Positions 32,129 to 43,444 of a stretch of DNA of 64,000 nt are shown piece by piece. The notes below the pieces were generated by a model, which did not search any database, was not told where the DNA came from, and was given only the letters and a program-made list of their open reading frames with translations. Each line of letters opens with the position of its first letter. Position 1 is the first letter of the stretch. Origin of the DNA: Thainema sp. (GTDB taxonomy: Bacteria > Cyanobacteriota > Cyanobacteriia > Phormidesmidales > Phormidesmidaceae); assembly GCA_052168235.1 (NCBI GenBank), contig JBQLZK010000020.1, positions 33,333 through 97,332 of the forward strand. The letters run 5' to 3'. The position numbers and the translations under genes are program-made.

Positions 32129-32587
32129 CTAAAAAGAGAAATTATCGTCGTCGTCGATGCAAACATCCCAGTTTGCCGAGAGGACTTCGGCCACGACTGC
32201 TTCTAATGCGGCAGTGTTGATGTCACGATTAGCGTGATCTTGTATGGGGTTAGAAAGGGGAATCAGCTTCAGTCGGCGCTGGTCTTGAACGAGGTCGAAA
32301 CAGCATTGCCCAGTTTCTGAACGGGTTAGCTCTAGGTAGTCGAAGCTATGGACGTTAATGTAGAGCGTCTGATTTGCTACCAGAGTGGATTGACAGGGAT
32401 CAGCATAGACATCTAGGATAAAGCCCTCACCTTTGCTGAGGGTTGTGTCCTCTTCTAGATAAGCGTACTGCACTCGGCTGAGATCCGATAGGAGTCGCTG
32501 CATATCTCGTTTGCTGACAACGACGCCAGAATCAACAATACAGGGAGCTGGGAATGATCGATTGGTTGGGAAACGATTATAGCTCAT
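32129..32587 (-). CDS. Hypothetical protein
   Basis: 152-aa ORF with plausible composition; no recognisable motif. Confidence 0.7.
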   Translation of the reverse strand: MSYNRFPTNRSFPAPCIVDSGVVVSKRDMQRLLSDLSRVQYAYLEEDTTLSKGEGFILDVYADPCQSTLVANQTLYINVHSFDYLELTRSETGQCCFDLVQDQRRLKLIPLSNPIQDHANRDINTAALEAVVAEVLSANWDVCIDDDDNFSF

Positions 32588-33153
32588 AGAAGAGGCCCTA
32601 ATAAGTGAGGCTTCGATTTACGCCGAAGGTACAGTCAACAGGTTCATAACCGCCACACGAAAGCAAGCAGCTTTCATGCAATATCTTATGCACTACATTC
32701 ATCATGTGTAGATTCATCTACAATTCTGGCAGCTAATGAGTCTATGCGCCAACCGAAGTCAGAATATGCTGCACAGCAGTTGGCCATCGGCTCTGCTATA
32801 TCTGCCAAGCGATAAGCAATGCTCTGAACTGAACAACGGCGGTAATAGACCACGCTTGATGGGCATAAATGCTCACCGCTTTCAGTCTAGGCATGCTGCG
32901 CGAATCAACCAGACGTAAATCAGGATTGAATAACTCATTCTTTCTAGTTCTAGCCTAACCTAGTTCAGGAAGAATGAATCAAGCAGAATGATTTACTCTC
33001 AATCAGCCTCACTAGAGGATTGATTTGAATCGTGGTTGTGCAGCGCAAAAGTGTCACATAAAATACATTCCTCTATCATAGTTGGATCTGTTGGCTGTTG
33101 GCGAGTCTATAATTCCAGGTCTAGATCTTGCAAAAATCTGAATATTCAAGGTT

Positions 33154-33990
33154 GTGTTGACTATGAGTAGCCGATTGCCACCGGGCGAACGTAAGATGCT
33201 GCAACTTCGGCAGATGTGGATAGTGGTTCAGATCTGGCTGCTGCAATTGCTGGCTACTTTCCTGGGTGCGATCGCATTTTATACCTGCATTCCCATTCCC
33301 GCTAAATGGCCGATTTTATTTCAGGGAATTGCCCGATTTGCGCCTTTAGTTGGGACTTTGATTGGTGGTGGATTGGCGGGATTGAATTGGCTCTTGATTC
33401 GCTGGGGAATTCCAGATCTGACGCGCTGCGTGATGCTGGTGTTATTGTGGCTGGCGGTGACGGGAGGACTGCACTTGGATGGTGCAATGGATACGGCTGA
33501 TGGCTTAGCAGTACAAGATCCCAATCGTCGGCTTCCGGTGATGAGCGATAGCGCCACGGGCGCATTTGGTGCAATGGCCGCTGTTGCAATTCTGCTCCTC
33601 AAAGTTGCTGCACTGTCGGATTTGCATCTATCAGCTAACTTTGCCTTAATTGTGGCGGCTGGCTGGGGTCGCTGGGGGCAACTGGTTGCGATCGCACGCT
33701 TTCCCTACTTAAAAGCAGAGGGCAAAGGGGCATTTCACAAAGCGGCAATCCGCTCGGTTTGGGACATTGTGCCGGGATTTTTGCTGCTAATCACTATCAG
33801 TGGTGTGCAGATCTGGCTTGATCCGTTCCTCTGGCGTGAGGCTGTGGGAGCGGCTCTAGCAGGATTTGCGATCGCAATTTTGACCGGAGCCTGGTTCAAT
33901 CGCCAACTGAGTGGTCACACCGGGGATACCTACGGAGCGGTCGTTGAATGGACAGAAGCCCTGCTCTTAGGTGCGCTGACCGTATTTTAG
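33154..33990 (+). CDS. cobS: Adenosylcobinamide-GDP ribazoletransferase (cobalamin synthase)
   Basis: TGGLHLDGAMDTADG, MSDSATGAFG, GHTGDTYGA; start uncertain. Confidence 0.93.
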   Translation: MLTMSSRLPPGERKMLQLRQMWIVVQIWLLQLLATFLGAIAFYTCIPIPAKWPILFQGIARFAPLVGTLIGGGLAGLNWLLIRWGIPDLTRCVMLVLLWLAVTGGLHLDGAMDTADGLAVQDPNRRLPVMSDSATGAFGAMAAVAILLLKVAALSDLHLSANFALIVAAGWGRWGQLVAIARFPYLKAEGKGAFHKAAIRSVWDIVPGFLLLITISGVQIWLDPFLWREAVGAALAGFAIAILTGAWFNRQLSGHTGDTYGAVVEWTEALLLGALTVF

Positions 33991-34126
33991 ACAGTTAACA
34001 AGTTGAGACATGAGGGGTCGAGACATTCACGAGATCCAACATTGGAACGTTTAAATGTTTGAACGTTCCAACGTCTAAACAGCTAGATCTCGTCCTTTTG
34101 CGCCCTACGCCTCACCACCAAATTTC

Positions 34127-35116
34127 TTAAAACTCCGACACAATCTGATCCCGTTCGGCATCGCAGTCTCGCGCTTGACCGTCCACATTACGCTGAGCCC
34201 GACAATATTCCCAAGCTAGTTGTCGAGCCGTTGCATAGGGCAGTTGATTGAGCTTCTCTATTGCGGTGGCAAAGTACTGGAGACTTTCGGGATAGTTGTT
34301 CTGCCGCACCAGGATTTGAGCTTTGAGATAGTGCAATTCTGGATTATCTGGAGCCAGTTCTAAAGCCCGATTGATTGCGGTCATAGCCTTGTCCTGTTGA
34401 CCCAAGTCGCGATAGCCCACAGCAATTCCGCGCTGAGCTAGATAAGCAGGTGAGGCATAGTTTTCTAGACGTGCGATCGCATCATTGGGATCGGAAAACG
34501 GCAAGTTAACCGCCAGCATCAAATCCATGTAGCCCCGCAGCAAATTCAGTTCTGGATCGTTAAGGTCAATCCGTTCTGCTTCATCGAGATGATTAAACAC
34601 CCGCTGCAGTTTAGACAACGCGACAGGTGTGCCACGCACGGCCCCCTGCGTCACAAACGCATGGGCTCCTTCTAGAAAATGTCCGGCAGCGACGTAAATA
34701 TTGCCCCGCAGCGGATCGGTTTCAAGCATGGCCTCGGCGGTTGTCCGCGTTTTGGTTGCCTGTTCTGCCATTGCGTCCCAGTCTTCGCTCAGGTAGGCAA
34801 ATGCCGCTTTCATGGCGTGGGATAGCGGTTCGCTCTCATCTGCAGACTGGAGTGCCTCGCGAGCAGCCCGATAATCGCCGTCTTGAAATAGAGCATTAAA
34901 GGCTGCCTCCGTCCCCGCATCAATATTGCGTGGGGCATCCGTTCGAAAGGGATCGGCTGACCAACCTGCCCCAGCAATCGCGGTAACTGCGATCGCAGAA
35001 GTTGCGATCGCAGCAATGGATCGTCGTACTCTTTGGTACCAGCGCTGGCGTGACTGAAAACTGTGGATCGGCGGAGTTGATACTGGCTGAGCGGAACGAA
35101 CCGAATGTAAAACCAT
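34127..35116 (-). CDS. Sll0314/Alr1548-like exported TPR protein
   Basis: Signal peptide then ADPFR; DPLRGNIY, DPELNLLRGYMDLMLAVNLPF; TPR helices; start uncertain. Confidence 0.8.
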   Translation of the reverse strand: MVLHSVRSAQPVSTPPIHSFQSRQRWYQRVRRSIAAIATSAIAVTAIAGAGWSADPFRTDAPRNIDAGTEAAFNALFQDGDYRAAREALQSADESEPLSHAMKAAFAYLSEDWDAMAEQATKTRTTAEAMLETDPLRGNIYVAAGHFLEGAHAFVTQGAVRGTPVALSKLQRVFNHLDEAERIDLNDPELNLLRGYMDLMLAVNLPFSDPNDAIARLENYASPAYLAQRGIAVGYRDLGQQDKAMTAINRALELAPDNPELHYLKAQILVRQNNYPESLQYFATAIEKLNQLPYATARQLAWEYCRAQRNVDGQARDCDAERDQIVSEF

Positions 35117-35389
35117 GATTGAAAATCGCCTCTGAATATCGAACAAGGACAATTTGTGCTTTGCCGTTTGACGGATCGCTTTCATATGGAGTTCCAAGCG
35201 TTCCAGAACCATTGTGCCAAACTCTCCACGTGCTACCCAGTGATACTCATACTGATGATGGGTTTGAGATCAGCATGCACAGAAGAAATTAACCAACCTG
35301 GTAGTTTTCCAACTGGATTGCGGCACTATAAAAACAGGCACCAATCAATTTTTGACGCTCAACCTGCTTTTTAACTCTGAACTTGCTGA

Positions 35390-36052
35390 ATGCTACACCT
35401 CAAAAATGTTTCCTATCATCCAACGGCTACCCCAAATCCAATTCTCAAATCTATCAGCTTAGATTTGGCTCCACAGCAAATGGGATTAATCGTCGGGCCA
35501 AGTGGATCAGGTAAAAGCACGCTGTTAGAAATATTATCTGGGTTGGCCAACCGCTCTTCCGGCGATATTCTTTGGCGTAGCCAGGAACTTGATAGCGAAC
35601 ATTTACAGCAATTAGCTGGATTAGTCTTTCAATTTCCAGAACGGCACTTTTGTGGTGGCACGATTCTAGAGGAACTGCGGCTTGGTCATCCAGAACTCAA
35701 GTCCGAGCAAATTTATCAAGCCCTGCGCGAAGTCAGCCTCGATCACCTATCGTTACAAACGCCACCCCATCTTTTAAGCGGTGGACAACAGCGGCGACTA
35801 GCACTTGCTGTCCAACTCATTCGCCAACCCTACCTGCTGCTGCTGGATGAACCAACCGCTGGCTTAGACTGGTCAATTCGCCGTCAGCTCATTCGCTTGC
35901 TTGCCAAGTTAAAGAAAAACTGGAGCCTGCTGGTGGTTTCTCATGATCCAGAAGAACTCGTTGGCATCGCCGATCGCTACTGGCGGCTCAATCACGGCGT
36001 TCTCACCGAGGCCAGCGAAGGTTTGCCCACATCACCCCAGACAGTTGCATAG
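35390..36052 (+). CDS. ABC transporter ATP-binding protein (ECF A/CbiO-like)
   Basis: GPSGSGKST, VFQFPE, LSGGQQRR, LLDEPTAGLD, SHD. Confidence 0.9.
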   Translation: MLHLKNVSYHPTATPNPILKSISLDLAPQQMGLIVGPSGSGKSTLLEILSGLANRSSGDILWRSQELDSEHLQQLAGLVFQFPERHFCGGTILEELRLGHPELKSEQIYQALREVSLDHLSLQTPPHLLSGGQQRRLALAVQLIRQPYLLLLDEPTAGLDWSIRRQLIRLLAKLKKNWSLLVVSHDPEELVGIADRYWRLNHGVLTEASEGLPTSPQTVA

Positions 36053-36104
36053 AGTTCCTGCCACTCGTAAAGCACTTGGCAATCTTGCACTGTTTTGCAC
36101 GTCC

Positions 36105-36209
36105 TATTGCACTTGAAGGGTTAGTTAGGATATCAGCTATTTTTGAAACCCTTGCTGTGCAAGGGTTTCAAAAATAGCTTCCTACTCAACCATCTCGTTT
36201 GCTGCAATA
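36105..36209. mobile_element. ~105-bp MITE-like element (TATTGCA/TGCAATA ends, 21-bp-arm inner palindrome at 36135-36179)
   Basis: AGCTATTTTTGAAACCCTTGC-TGT-GCAAGGGTTTCAAAAATAGCT. Confidence 0.65.
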
Positions 36210-36225
36210 TACTGCACTGCATAAC

Positions 36226-36282
36226 TGGAAACACTAATAGAGGTGTCACCGTACTGCGATCGCACCTCTATTAGTGTTTCCA
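36226..36282. repeat. Inverted repeat (20-bp arms) with HIP1 at the loop/arm junction
   Basis: TGGAAACACTAATAGAGGTG...CACCTCTATTAGTGTTTCCA. Confidence 0.8.
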
Positions 36283-37051
36283 TAGCCTCTCTACATGAGT
36301 CGCTTTACATGAATGCTTTACAAAAGAGCATGAAATGATACGCGGCACCGCTGCACAACAATTCACGCAGGCAGCTCAATCCAAACGTGAAAAATACGGA
36401 TTTTTTGAAAAACAAAGGCGACTTATTTACATTTGTTCATGAAATTAATCTTCCTTCCCCACGTGATGGCGAGCTTAGAGATCCGCCTAGAGTGATTGAT
36501 GAGAGGTGCATTGACGACTTCTTATGATCTGAACAGCGTTTTGACAGCAGCTTGACCAATTCTCTAATGTAAAGAATATGTTACAAGACAAGACATGCTC
36601 TAAGCTGCCAAAAGCCTTATGTGCAAACGTGCTTGAGCTTTCGCTACACCGCTTGATACAACTTAATAACTCGTAATGGATAAAGGCTGTATCGCATTGT
36701 ATAAAGATTAGCGAAGGGTACAAATGGCAGGCAAAGCCTAAATAAAATGCTGTTTTACCTGGGGTTCCGGCCTTCTCATAAAAATGTTAATTTTTCTCAG
36801 GTTTTTTAAGAAAAGAGTCTTTACCTCTGTTCTAATAGTCAAAGTGCTGAGACCTGAGCCAATTTCAAAGAGATAGGTTATCGGAGTCTCCAGCGTTAAG
36901 GGTAGGAGTGGATGCCTACCCGAGCCTTCCACCAAACTTAACGACAGATCCTTTTATGAGAATCTGTTTAACGATAAGTTTGGATTTTCAGCTCAGCTAG
37001 ATTCTGATTTATTAAAAGCACACTCAACCAAGCAAGTAGGAGATTGAGTTC

Positions 37052-37570
37052 ATGTTAGATGCATTCGCCAAGGTTGTTTCCCAGGCTGACGCAAAAGGTG
37101 AATTCCTCAGCGGTGCTCAGTTTGATGCACTTCAGAACATGGTCAAGGAAGGCAGCAAGCGCCTTGACGTTGTTAACCGTGTAACCAGCAATGCTTCCAC
37201 GATCGTTGCTGATGCAGCTCGTGCATTGTTTGCTGAGCAGCCCCAACTAATCCAGCCCGGTGGTAACGCTTATACCAACCGCCGCATGGCTGCTTGTCTG
37301 CGTGACATGGAAATCATCTTGCGTTATGTGACCTACGCCATGATGGCTGGTGATGCAAGCGTGCTTGATGATCGTTGCCTCAATGGTCTACGTGAGACCT
37401 ACCAAGCTCTAGGTGTTCCTGGTGGTTCTGTTGCAACTGGCGTCAGCAAGATGAAAGATTCTGCTGTTGCAATTGCTAACGATCCCGCTGGTATCACTCC
37501 TGGTGATTGCAGCGCGCTGATGTCCGAATTGGCTAGCTACTTCGATCGCGCAGCTTCTGCTGTTGCATAG
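37052..37570 (+). CDS. cpcB: C-phycocyanin beta subunit
   Basis: [46 protein letters not shown]. Confidence 0.99.
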   Translation: MLDAFAKVVSQADAKGEFLSGAQFDALQNMVKEGSKRLDVVNRVTSNASTIVADAARALFAEQPQLIQPGGNAYTNRRMAACLRDMEIILRYVTYAMMAGDASVLDDRCLNGLRETYQALGVPGGSVATGVSKMKDSAVAIANDPAGITPGDCSALMSELASYFDRAASAVA

Positions 37571-37708
37571 TAGTCACGTCGTTCCGGCTCAAATTAGTCT
37601 GAACGAGCTTTATTGCCCTACTTATATATAGATACGTATAAGCAGGCAATAATCTCAACACCTTTTTGCACTAGGTCAAAATTCAAGCACTAGGGAGATT
37701 TTTAAACA

Positions 37709-38197
37709 ATGAAGACCCCGATTACTGAAGCAATTGCTGCTGCGGATACTCAAGGTCGTTTCTTGGGTAACACCGAGCTACAAGCTGTTAATGGTCGTTT
37801 TGAGCGTGCTGCTGCTAGCATGGAAGCTGCTCGTGCTCTGACCAACAACGCACAGAGCCTGATTGATGGTGCAGCAAATGCTGTTTACCAAAAGTTCCCT
37901 TACACCACCTCCATGCAGGGTTCTCAGTACGCTTCTAGCCCAGAAGGTAAGTCCAAGTGCTCTCGTGACATCGGTTACTACCTGCGCATGGTTACCTACT
38001 GCCTAGTAGCTGGTGGCACTGGCCCCATGGATGAGTACTTGATTGCTGGTCTCGATGAGATCAACCGCACCTTCGACCTATCTCCTAGCTGGTATGTTGA
38101 AGCTCTGAAGCACGTCAAGGCTAACCACGGTCTAAGCGGCCAGGCTGCTAACGAAGCTAACACCTACATCGACTACGCGATCAACGCACTCAGCTAG
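37709..38197 (+). CDS. cpcA: C-phycocyanin alpha subunit
   Basis: [38 protein letters not shown]. Confidence 0.99.
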   Translation: MKTPITEAIAAADTQGRFLGNTELQAVNGRFERAAASMEAARALTNNAQSLIDGAANAVYQKFPYTTSMQGSQYASSPEGKSKCSRDIGYYLRMVTYCLVAGGTGPMDEYLIAGLDEINRTFDLSPSWYVEALKHVKANHGLSGQAANEANTYIDYAINALS

Positions 38198-38365
38198 TTG
38201 ATGTTCTAGCCCGGGAGGGTAGGCAAGTGCTGGCAAGTGGGTCGCAGTTGCTTATCTTTCCGGGCATTGTTGTATCTATTCGTTGGCGATTCGCTGTGGG
38301 CGGCTGCGCTTGGAGCGAGATCGTCATTTGACTGGTACCTTGCTGTGTTTAGAGGGAGTAGGTAG

Positions 38366-39226
38366 ATGGCCGTTACAGCAGCAGCTTCCCGATTAGGCAT
38401 TTCTGCGTTTGATAGTGCCGCGCGGATTGAGCTTCGCCCGAATGCTACGGTTGAACAAAAAGAAGGCGTGATTCGGGCCGTATACCGTCAGGTGCTCGGC
38501 AATGACTATCTGATGAAATCGGAACGCCTGGTTAGTGCAGAATCGCTTCTGCGCGATGGCAGTATCACGGTACGAGAGTTTGTTCGTGCCGTGGCCAAAT
38601 CGGAGCTATACAAAACTAAGTTTTTCTATAACAGTTTTCAAACTCGCCTAATTGAGCTGAACTATAAGCATCTATTAGGACGGGCTCCTCATAGTGAGGC
38701 TGAGGTGATCTTCCACCTTGACCTGTATGAGACCCAAGGATATGACGCTGAAATCGATTCCTACATTGATTCAGAAGAGTATCGTAACGCATTTGGCGAA
38801 AATGTCGTGCCCTTCTATCGGGGATTTGAGTTCCACACTGGTGCTCAAACCACTGAGTTTAGCCGGATGTTCCGGCTCTATCGGGGATATGCGACGAGTT
38901 CCCGTGCGCAAGCAGAGCGCAATAATTCTCGCTTGGCTCGGGAATTAGCAAGCAACACTGCTTCCAGCATTGTTAACCCAACTCAAGGCGGTAGTGGTGC
39001 GTATTATCGTGCTACTAACGATGTACCGCCGGTTAAGGCTTTAGGTGGTTCCTATGGTCAGAGCGGTCGGGTATATCGGATTGAGGTTGCAGGTATTCGT
39101 CAGCCGGGTTATCCGGGCGTTCGTCGGAGCAGCACGGCTTTTATCGTGCCTTACGAGCAACTTTTGCCGAAGCTGCAGCAAGTTAAGCGGGCAGGCGGTA
39201 CGGTTGTAAGCGTTAATCCTGCTTAA
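38366..39226 (+). CDS. cpcC: Phycocyanin rod linker
   Basis: [14 protein letters not shown] linker domain, C-terminal CpcD-like domain. Confidence 0.95.
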   Translation: MAVTAAASRLGISAFDSAARIELRPNATVEQKEGVIRAVYRQVLGNDYLMKSERLVSAESLLRDGSITVREFVRAVAKSELYKTKFFYNSFQTRLIELNYKHLLGRAPHSEAEVIFHLDLYETQGYDAEIDSYIDSEEYRNAFGENVVPFYRGFEFHTGAQTTEFSRMFRLYRGYATSSRAQAERNNSRLARELASNTASSIVNPTQGGSGAYYRATNDVPPVKALGGSYGQSGRVYRIEVAGIRQPGYPGVRRSSTAFIVPYEQLLPKLQQVKRAGGTVVSVNPA

Positions 39227-39466
39227 TCATTTTTCGTCTATCGGCAGTGAGCTAGCAAGGGCTCGCTGCCGATTCATGCATCAAGAAATCCCTAAAACTT
39301 ATTTACTTCAGCGCAGCGTGGCTGATTCAGATTCACCGATTGGCTACGGTCGTATTTCCACGGCAGGTCTAAAGACTTGCTCTGAGTGCATTGGTGGGTA
39401 TACATCGGTGGGCAAAGTTGATGGTTGATAGTTGGCTGCGCCAAAGAGTACGCAAAGGAGAAATGT

Positions 39467-39748
39467 ATGTTTGGTCAAACTGCTGTAGGACGGACTGCAA
39501 ATACGTCGTCTGGTGCGCGGATGTTTCGCTATGAAGTGCAAGGCCTCCGTCAAAGTGATGAAACGGATCAAAATGCTTATCCGATTCGTCGCAGTGGCAG
39601 TATTTTCTTGACGGTTCCCTATAACCGGATGAATGAAGAGATGCAGCGCATTAATCGGATGGGCGGCACGATTGTGAATATCACGCCGTTGGCTGGTGCA
39701 GCCGCGGCTCCTGCTAAATCGTCTAAGTCTAAATCTTCTGACGAATAG
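39467..39748 (+). CDS. cpcD: Rod-capping linker
   Basis: MFGQTA, FRYEVQGL, VPYNRMNEEMQRINRMGGTIVNI; AAGGAG RBS. Confidence 0.95.
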   Translation: MFGQTAVGRTANTSSGARMFRYEVQGLRQSDETDQNAYPIRRSGSIFLTVPYNRMNEEMQRINRMGGTIVNITPLAGAAAAPAKSSKSKSSDE

Positions 39749-39783
39749 TTTTTTTGGTGACTCGTTAAGCATTGGATTTCTTC

Positions 39784-40626
39784 ATGTCGGATATGGAATC
39801 TTCAACTGATCGTCCTATGGATACGGCGGCTGAACAGCTGACGGTTGAACAAGCGATCGCAAATCTCCGACATGAGGATACGAGTCTCCGCTACTATGCA
39901 GCGTGGTGGCTGGGCCGATTTCGAGTTCAGGAGTCTGCGGCAGTTGAGGCGCTGATTCAGGCCTTGGGTGACAAAGACGATCGAACTGAATTGGGCGGCT
40001 ATCCCCTGCGGCGCAATGCCGCGCGGGCGTTGGGCAAGCTTGGGGATCAGCGGGCAGTAACTGGTCTGATTGAGTGCTTGAGTTGCGAAGATTTTTATGT
40101 GCGTGAGGCAGCGGCCCAGTCTTTGGGGGCATTGGGTGATCGGCAGGCTGTTGCGCCGCTAATGGCGATAATTGCTGATGGTTTAGCGGTTGCCGAGCGA
40201 GTTCCTGGACAGCCTCATCTGGTTCAGCCTTGTGAAGCGGTACTCGAAGCCCTGGGTGCTTTGAAGGCGACCGAAGCTGTTAATTTGCTGCGCCCATTTT
40301 TGGATGCGCCAACGGAACGGGTTCGCTATGCTGCAACTCGATCGATGTATCAGCTGACGGGTGAGGCTGAGTATGGTGAGCAATTGGTGGAGGCGCTGAA
40401 CGGTCGTGACTTGCAATTGCGGCGGGTAGCTCTATCTGATTTGGGGGCGGTAGGCTACATGCCTGCTGCCGATGCGATCGCACAGGCGGCAGTGGAAAGC
40501 AGCTTTAAGCTATTTTCGCTCAAAGGTTTGCTAGATGCCGATTTGCGGCGTAGTGGCTTTGTGCAGCAGCGCCAACTGTCAGATGATGCCCGTCGGGTGA
40601 TGTCGCTGATGGATGATTTGCTCTAG
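39784..40626 (+). CDS. cpcE: Phycocyanin alpha-84 lyase subunit E
   Basis: RYYAAWWLG, GGYPLRRNAARALG HEAT repeats. Confidence 0.95.
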   Translation: MSDMESSTDRPMDTAAEQLTVEQAIANLRHEDTSLRYYAAWWLGRFRVQESAAVEALIQALGDKDDRTELGGYPLRRNAARALGKLGDQRAVTGLIECLSCEDFYVREAAAQSLGALGDRQAVAPLMAIIADGLAVAERVPGQPHLVQPCEAVLEALGALKATEAVNLLRPFLDAPTERVRYAATRSMYQLTGEAEYGEQLVEALNGRDLQLRRVALSDLGAVGYMPAADAIAQAAVESSFKLFSLKGLLDADLRRSGFVQQRQLSDDARRVMSLMDDLL

Positions 40627-40805
40627 GTGCTATTGGTACCTGGTTTTGGAGCACAAGGTAACTGACTGGGTTGGTAAGTGATTAGTTGATGGGGGCGATG
40701 TTTAGAGTGCGATCGCACCTGTCACCTAATCAATCCAACACCAGACGAATGCAAACCCTCGCTTTTTCTCTCATTTCTGATTGCTGCAAACTGTTTGGCT
40801 AACGA

Positions 40806-41447
40806 ATGGATACTCAAACCCCTAATCAGCTGATTCGTGCGGTTGATGAGGCCGATTCTCCCGAACGGCTCATTGCGGCGGTGAAAGCGCTGGCAGATGC
40901 TCAGCTTGAATCGGGCGTGGAAACGCTGATTCGGGCACTCGGATTTAATAATCCGGGAGCGGCTGTCATGGCAATGAAGGGATTGATTCGCATGGGGCCA
41001 CCCGTTGTGCCGCATCTGCTGGCGCAGATTGATGACTACAACTATGGTGCTCGCTCCTATTCCATTCGTGCTTTAGCTGCGATCTCAGATCCACGCGCCT
41101 TGGATATTTTGCAAAAAGCGGCGGCTACCGACTTTGCACCCAGCGTTCGGCGGGCCGCCTCAAAGGGATTAGGCTTAATCACTTGGTCGAGCCTGCTGCC
41201 GGAGCAGATTGCCGATCGTCAGCAGCAGACGTGGGAAACGCTGCAGCAGGTGATTCAGGATGCTGATTGGTCAATCCGCTATGCAGCCCTATGCGGCATG
41301 ACTGGACTTGCGATCGCAGCTCATGCACCGCAGTTGAGAACTGCAATTTGCCAAGCTCTAGCGGAAACCACGGCTCAAGACAATGAGTTGGCGGTGCAGG
41401 CCCGTGCTCAGTTTGCCAAAGAGATGATCGAGTCGGCACAGGAATAA
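40806..41447 (+). CDS. cpcF: Phycocyanin alpha-84 lyase subunit F
   Basis: LGFNNPGAAV, YNYGAR, DFAPSVRRAA. Confidence 0.95.
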   Translation: MDTQTPNQLIRAVDEADSPERLIAAVKALADAQLESGVETLIRALGFNNPGAAVMAMKGLIRMGPPVVPHLLAQIDDYNYGARSYSIRALAAISDPRALDILQKAAATDFAPSVRRAASKGLGLITWSSLLPEQIADRQQQTWETLQQVIQDADWSIRYAALCGMTGLAIAAHAPQLRTAICQALAETTAQDNELAVQARAQFAKEMIESAQE

Positions 41448-41579
41448 CTGCTGAACCGCTGCTACTAAACCTAGCTCTCAACAGCAGAAGCTGCATGACA
41501 TCAGCTAAATCGCCTAGTTTTCCATCGGCCCAGTTTCTCCATCGATTGATTCGTTGATTTACAGGATTTTAAAGACTAT

Positions 41580-42419
41580 ATGGCTATTCCTCTACTTAAC
41601 AACGTACCGACAACCCAGAACCATCGGGTCTCGGGTTACGAAGTACCCGATGAAGATACTCCCTTGGTCTATCGTCTGACCGACGTGAGTTCTGAATCCG
41701 AGGTAAACGATCTGATCTGGGCGGCCTATCGGCAAATTTTCGGTGAGCATCTCATTCTAGAAAGCAATCGCCAAGTTGCACTGGAATCTCAGCTCCGCAA
41801 CCGCTCTATCTCCGTTCGCGAATTCATTCGCGGCTTAGGTAAGTCAGATGTGTATCGGGAACTGGTGAGCGACACCAACTCCAACTATCGCCTGGTCGAT
41901 GTAACGTTTAAGCGCTTTCTAGGTCGGGCAACCTACGGTCAAGATGAGCGCATTTCTTGGTCAATTGTGATCGCAACCCAGGGGCTGCACGGCTTCATTG
42001 ATGCCGTAGTAGACAGTGATGAATATCGGCAAAATTTTGGTAACAACATCCTGCCCTATCAGCGGCGGCGGTTTGATGGTCGTCCCTTCAACCTTGTGAC
42101 TCCCCGCTACAGCGACTACTGGCGCAACAAAGAGCTCCAGAATGCGGGTCGTTCCTACTACCAGGCGCGTCAATATCGGTCTGGGGATCTGGATCGAGCC
42201 GTGGTTCGTCAAGCCATTCCGGCTAACTTCTTGGCGATGGCTAGCCGTGTGCTACCCCAAGAGCGTAACTATCAGCGCACGATTGCCAGTGTCACATCCC
42301 AGATTAAGACCCTCAGTATTCCGGATACCAGCCATACCAATCAGCAAGGACAGCGCCGTATTCAGCCGACCCGCACATCGCTGCCCTACGACTATATTCC
42401 AGGTGTGGAAAAAGTTTAA
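41580..42419 (+). CDS. cpcG1: Rod-core linker CpcG1
   Basis: MAIPLL...TQNHRV, PBS linker domain, [10 protein letters not shown]; number assigned by gene order. Confidence 0.9.
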   Translation: MAIPLLNNVPTTQNHRVSGYEVPDEDTPLVYRLTDVSSESEVNDLIWAAYRQIFGEHLILESNRQVALESQLRNRSISVREFIRGLGKSDVYRELVSDTNSNYRLVDVTFKRFLGRATYGQDERISWSIVIATQGLHGFIDAVVDSDEYRQNFGNNILPYQRRRFDGRPFNLVTPRYSDYWRNKELQNAGRSYYQARQYRSGDLDRAVVRQAIPANFLAMASRVLPQERNYQRTIASVTSQIKTLSIPDTSHTNQQGQRRIQPTRTSLPYDYIPGVEKV

Positions 42420-42487
42420 GTTTGCTAGCTCGATGCAGTCATCGAGCTGTATCTCGATGTTTTAAGGAAGATTAGAGGAATATCTGT

Positions 42488-43231
42488 ATGACACTGCCCC
42501 TTTTAGCCTATAGCCAAACAACCCAGAACCAGCGGGTTGATGGCTACGAAGTGCCCAACGAGGATAGTCCCTGGATCTATCGCTTAGAAGACTGCACGGA
42601 TAACTCCGATGTAGAAGCGTTAATCTGGACGGCGTATCGTCAAGTGTTCAGCGAACATGTCATTCTTAAGAGCAGCCGCCTGCCGGATCTAGAGTCTCAG
42701 CTTAAGAATAATGCGATTACGGTGCGCGACTTTGTCCGTGGCTTAGCGAAGTCGGATGTTTTTCATCGGCTGGTGGTAGAGACAAACTCCAACTATCGAG
42801 TGGTTGAGATTTGCCTGAAGCGTCTTTTGGGTCGTGCGCCCTATGGCAACGACGAGAAAATTTCCTGGTCGATTGTGATTGCCACCCAGGGTCTGGACGG
42901 TTTCATAGATGCGCTGTTGGATAGCGACGAATATCTCAGCAACTTTGGTGAGAACACCGTTCCCTATCAGCGGCGGCGGTTCAACGAGCGCCCATTTAAT
43001 TTGGTCACGCCTCGCTATAGCGACTACTGGCGCGATCGCTTAGAAGCGTCTCGCTACAAGTGGGGCGACGTGCGCAACTTCCTCGACATGGCCAAGGATG
43101 TTTATGTGAAGCCTGTTACTTATCAAACGGTTCGCACTGACAACATCAAGATTCCTGATACCACACGGGAAACCAAACCCGAAGGTGTTTTGGCATCGAT
43201 TAGCTCCTCTGCGAGTTTCCCAGTGCGCTAA
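42488..43231 (+). CDS. cpcG2: Rod-core linker CpcG2
   Basis: MTLPLL...TQNQRV, linker domain; number assigned by gene order. Confidence 0.9.
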   Translation: MTLPLLAYSQTTQNQRVDGYEVPNEDSPWIYRLEDCTDNSDVEALIWTAYRQVFSEHVILKSSRLPDLESQLKNNAITVRDFVRGLAKSDVFHRLVVETNSNYRVVEICLKRLLGRAPYGNDEKISWSIVIATQGLDGFIDALLDSDEYLSNFGENTVPYQRRRFNERPFNLVTPRYSDYWRDRLEASRYKWGDVRNFLDMAKDVYVKPVTYQTVRTDNIKIPDTTRETKPEGVLASISSSASFPVR

Positions 43232-43444
43232 TCACACGCTTAATGTTGGGCAGTTTTCAAAAGACAGCCATGTTTCGTTCTGTGATTTTAATCACAGAAC
43301 GAAACATGACTTACTACCCTTACTTAGCACTGCCAAACTAGCGAATTTGGCCCAAATCGTGGCCCAGTTTAAGTACAGCCAACGTAGATTGATCTCATAA
43401 ATTGACAGCTCCGGAATTTTATATTCAAACGAAGGAGAGTCAGT

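Noticed and set aside
36290..36590. TTTACA repeats and TGTAA-N8-TTACA upstream of cpcB as RpaB HLR1, CcaR or NtcA sites
   Set aside because: Spacing (13-bp period; not GTA-N8-TAC) does not fit those consensus sites
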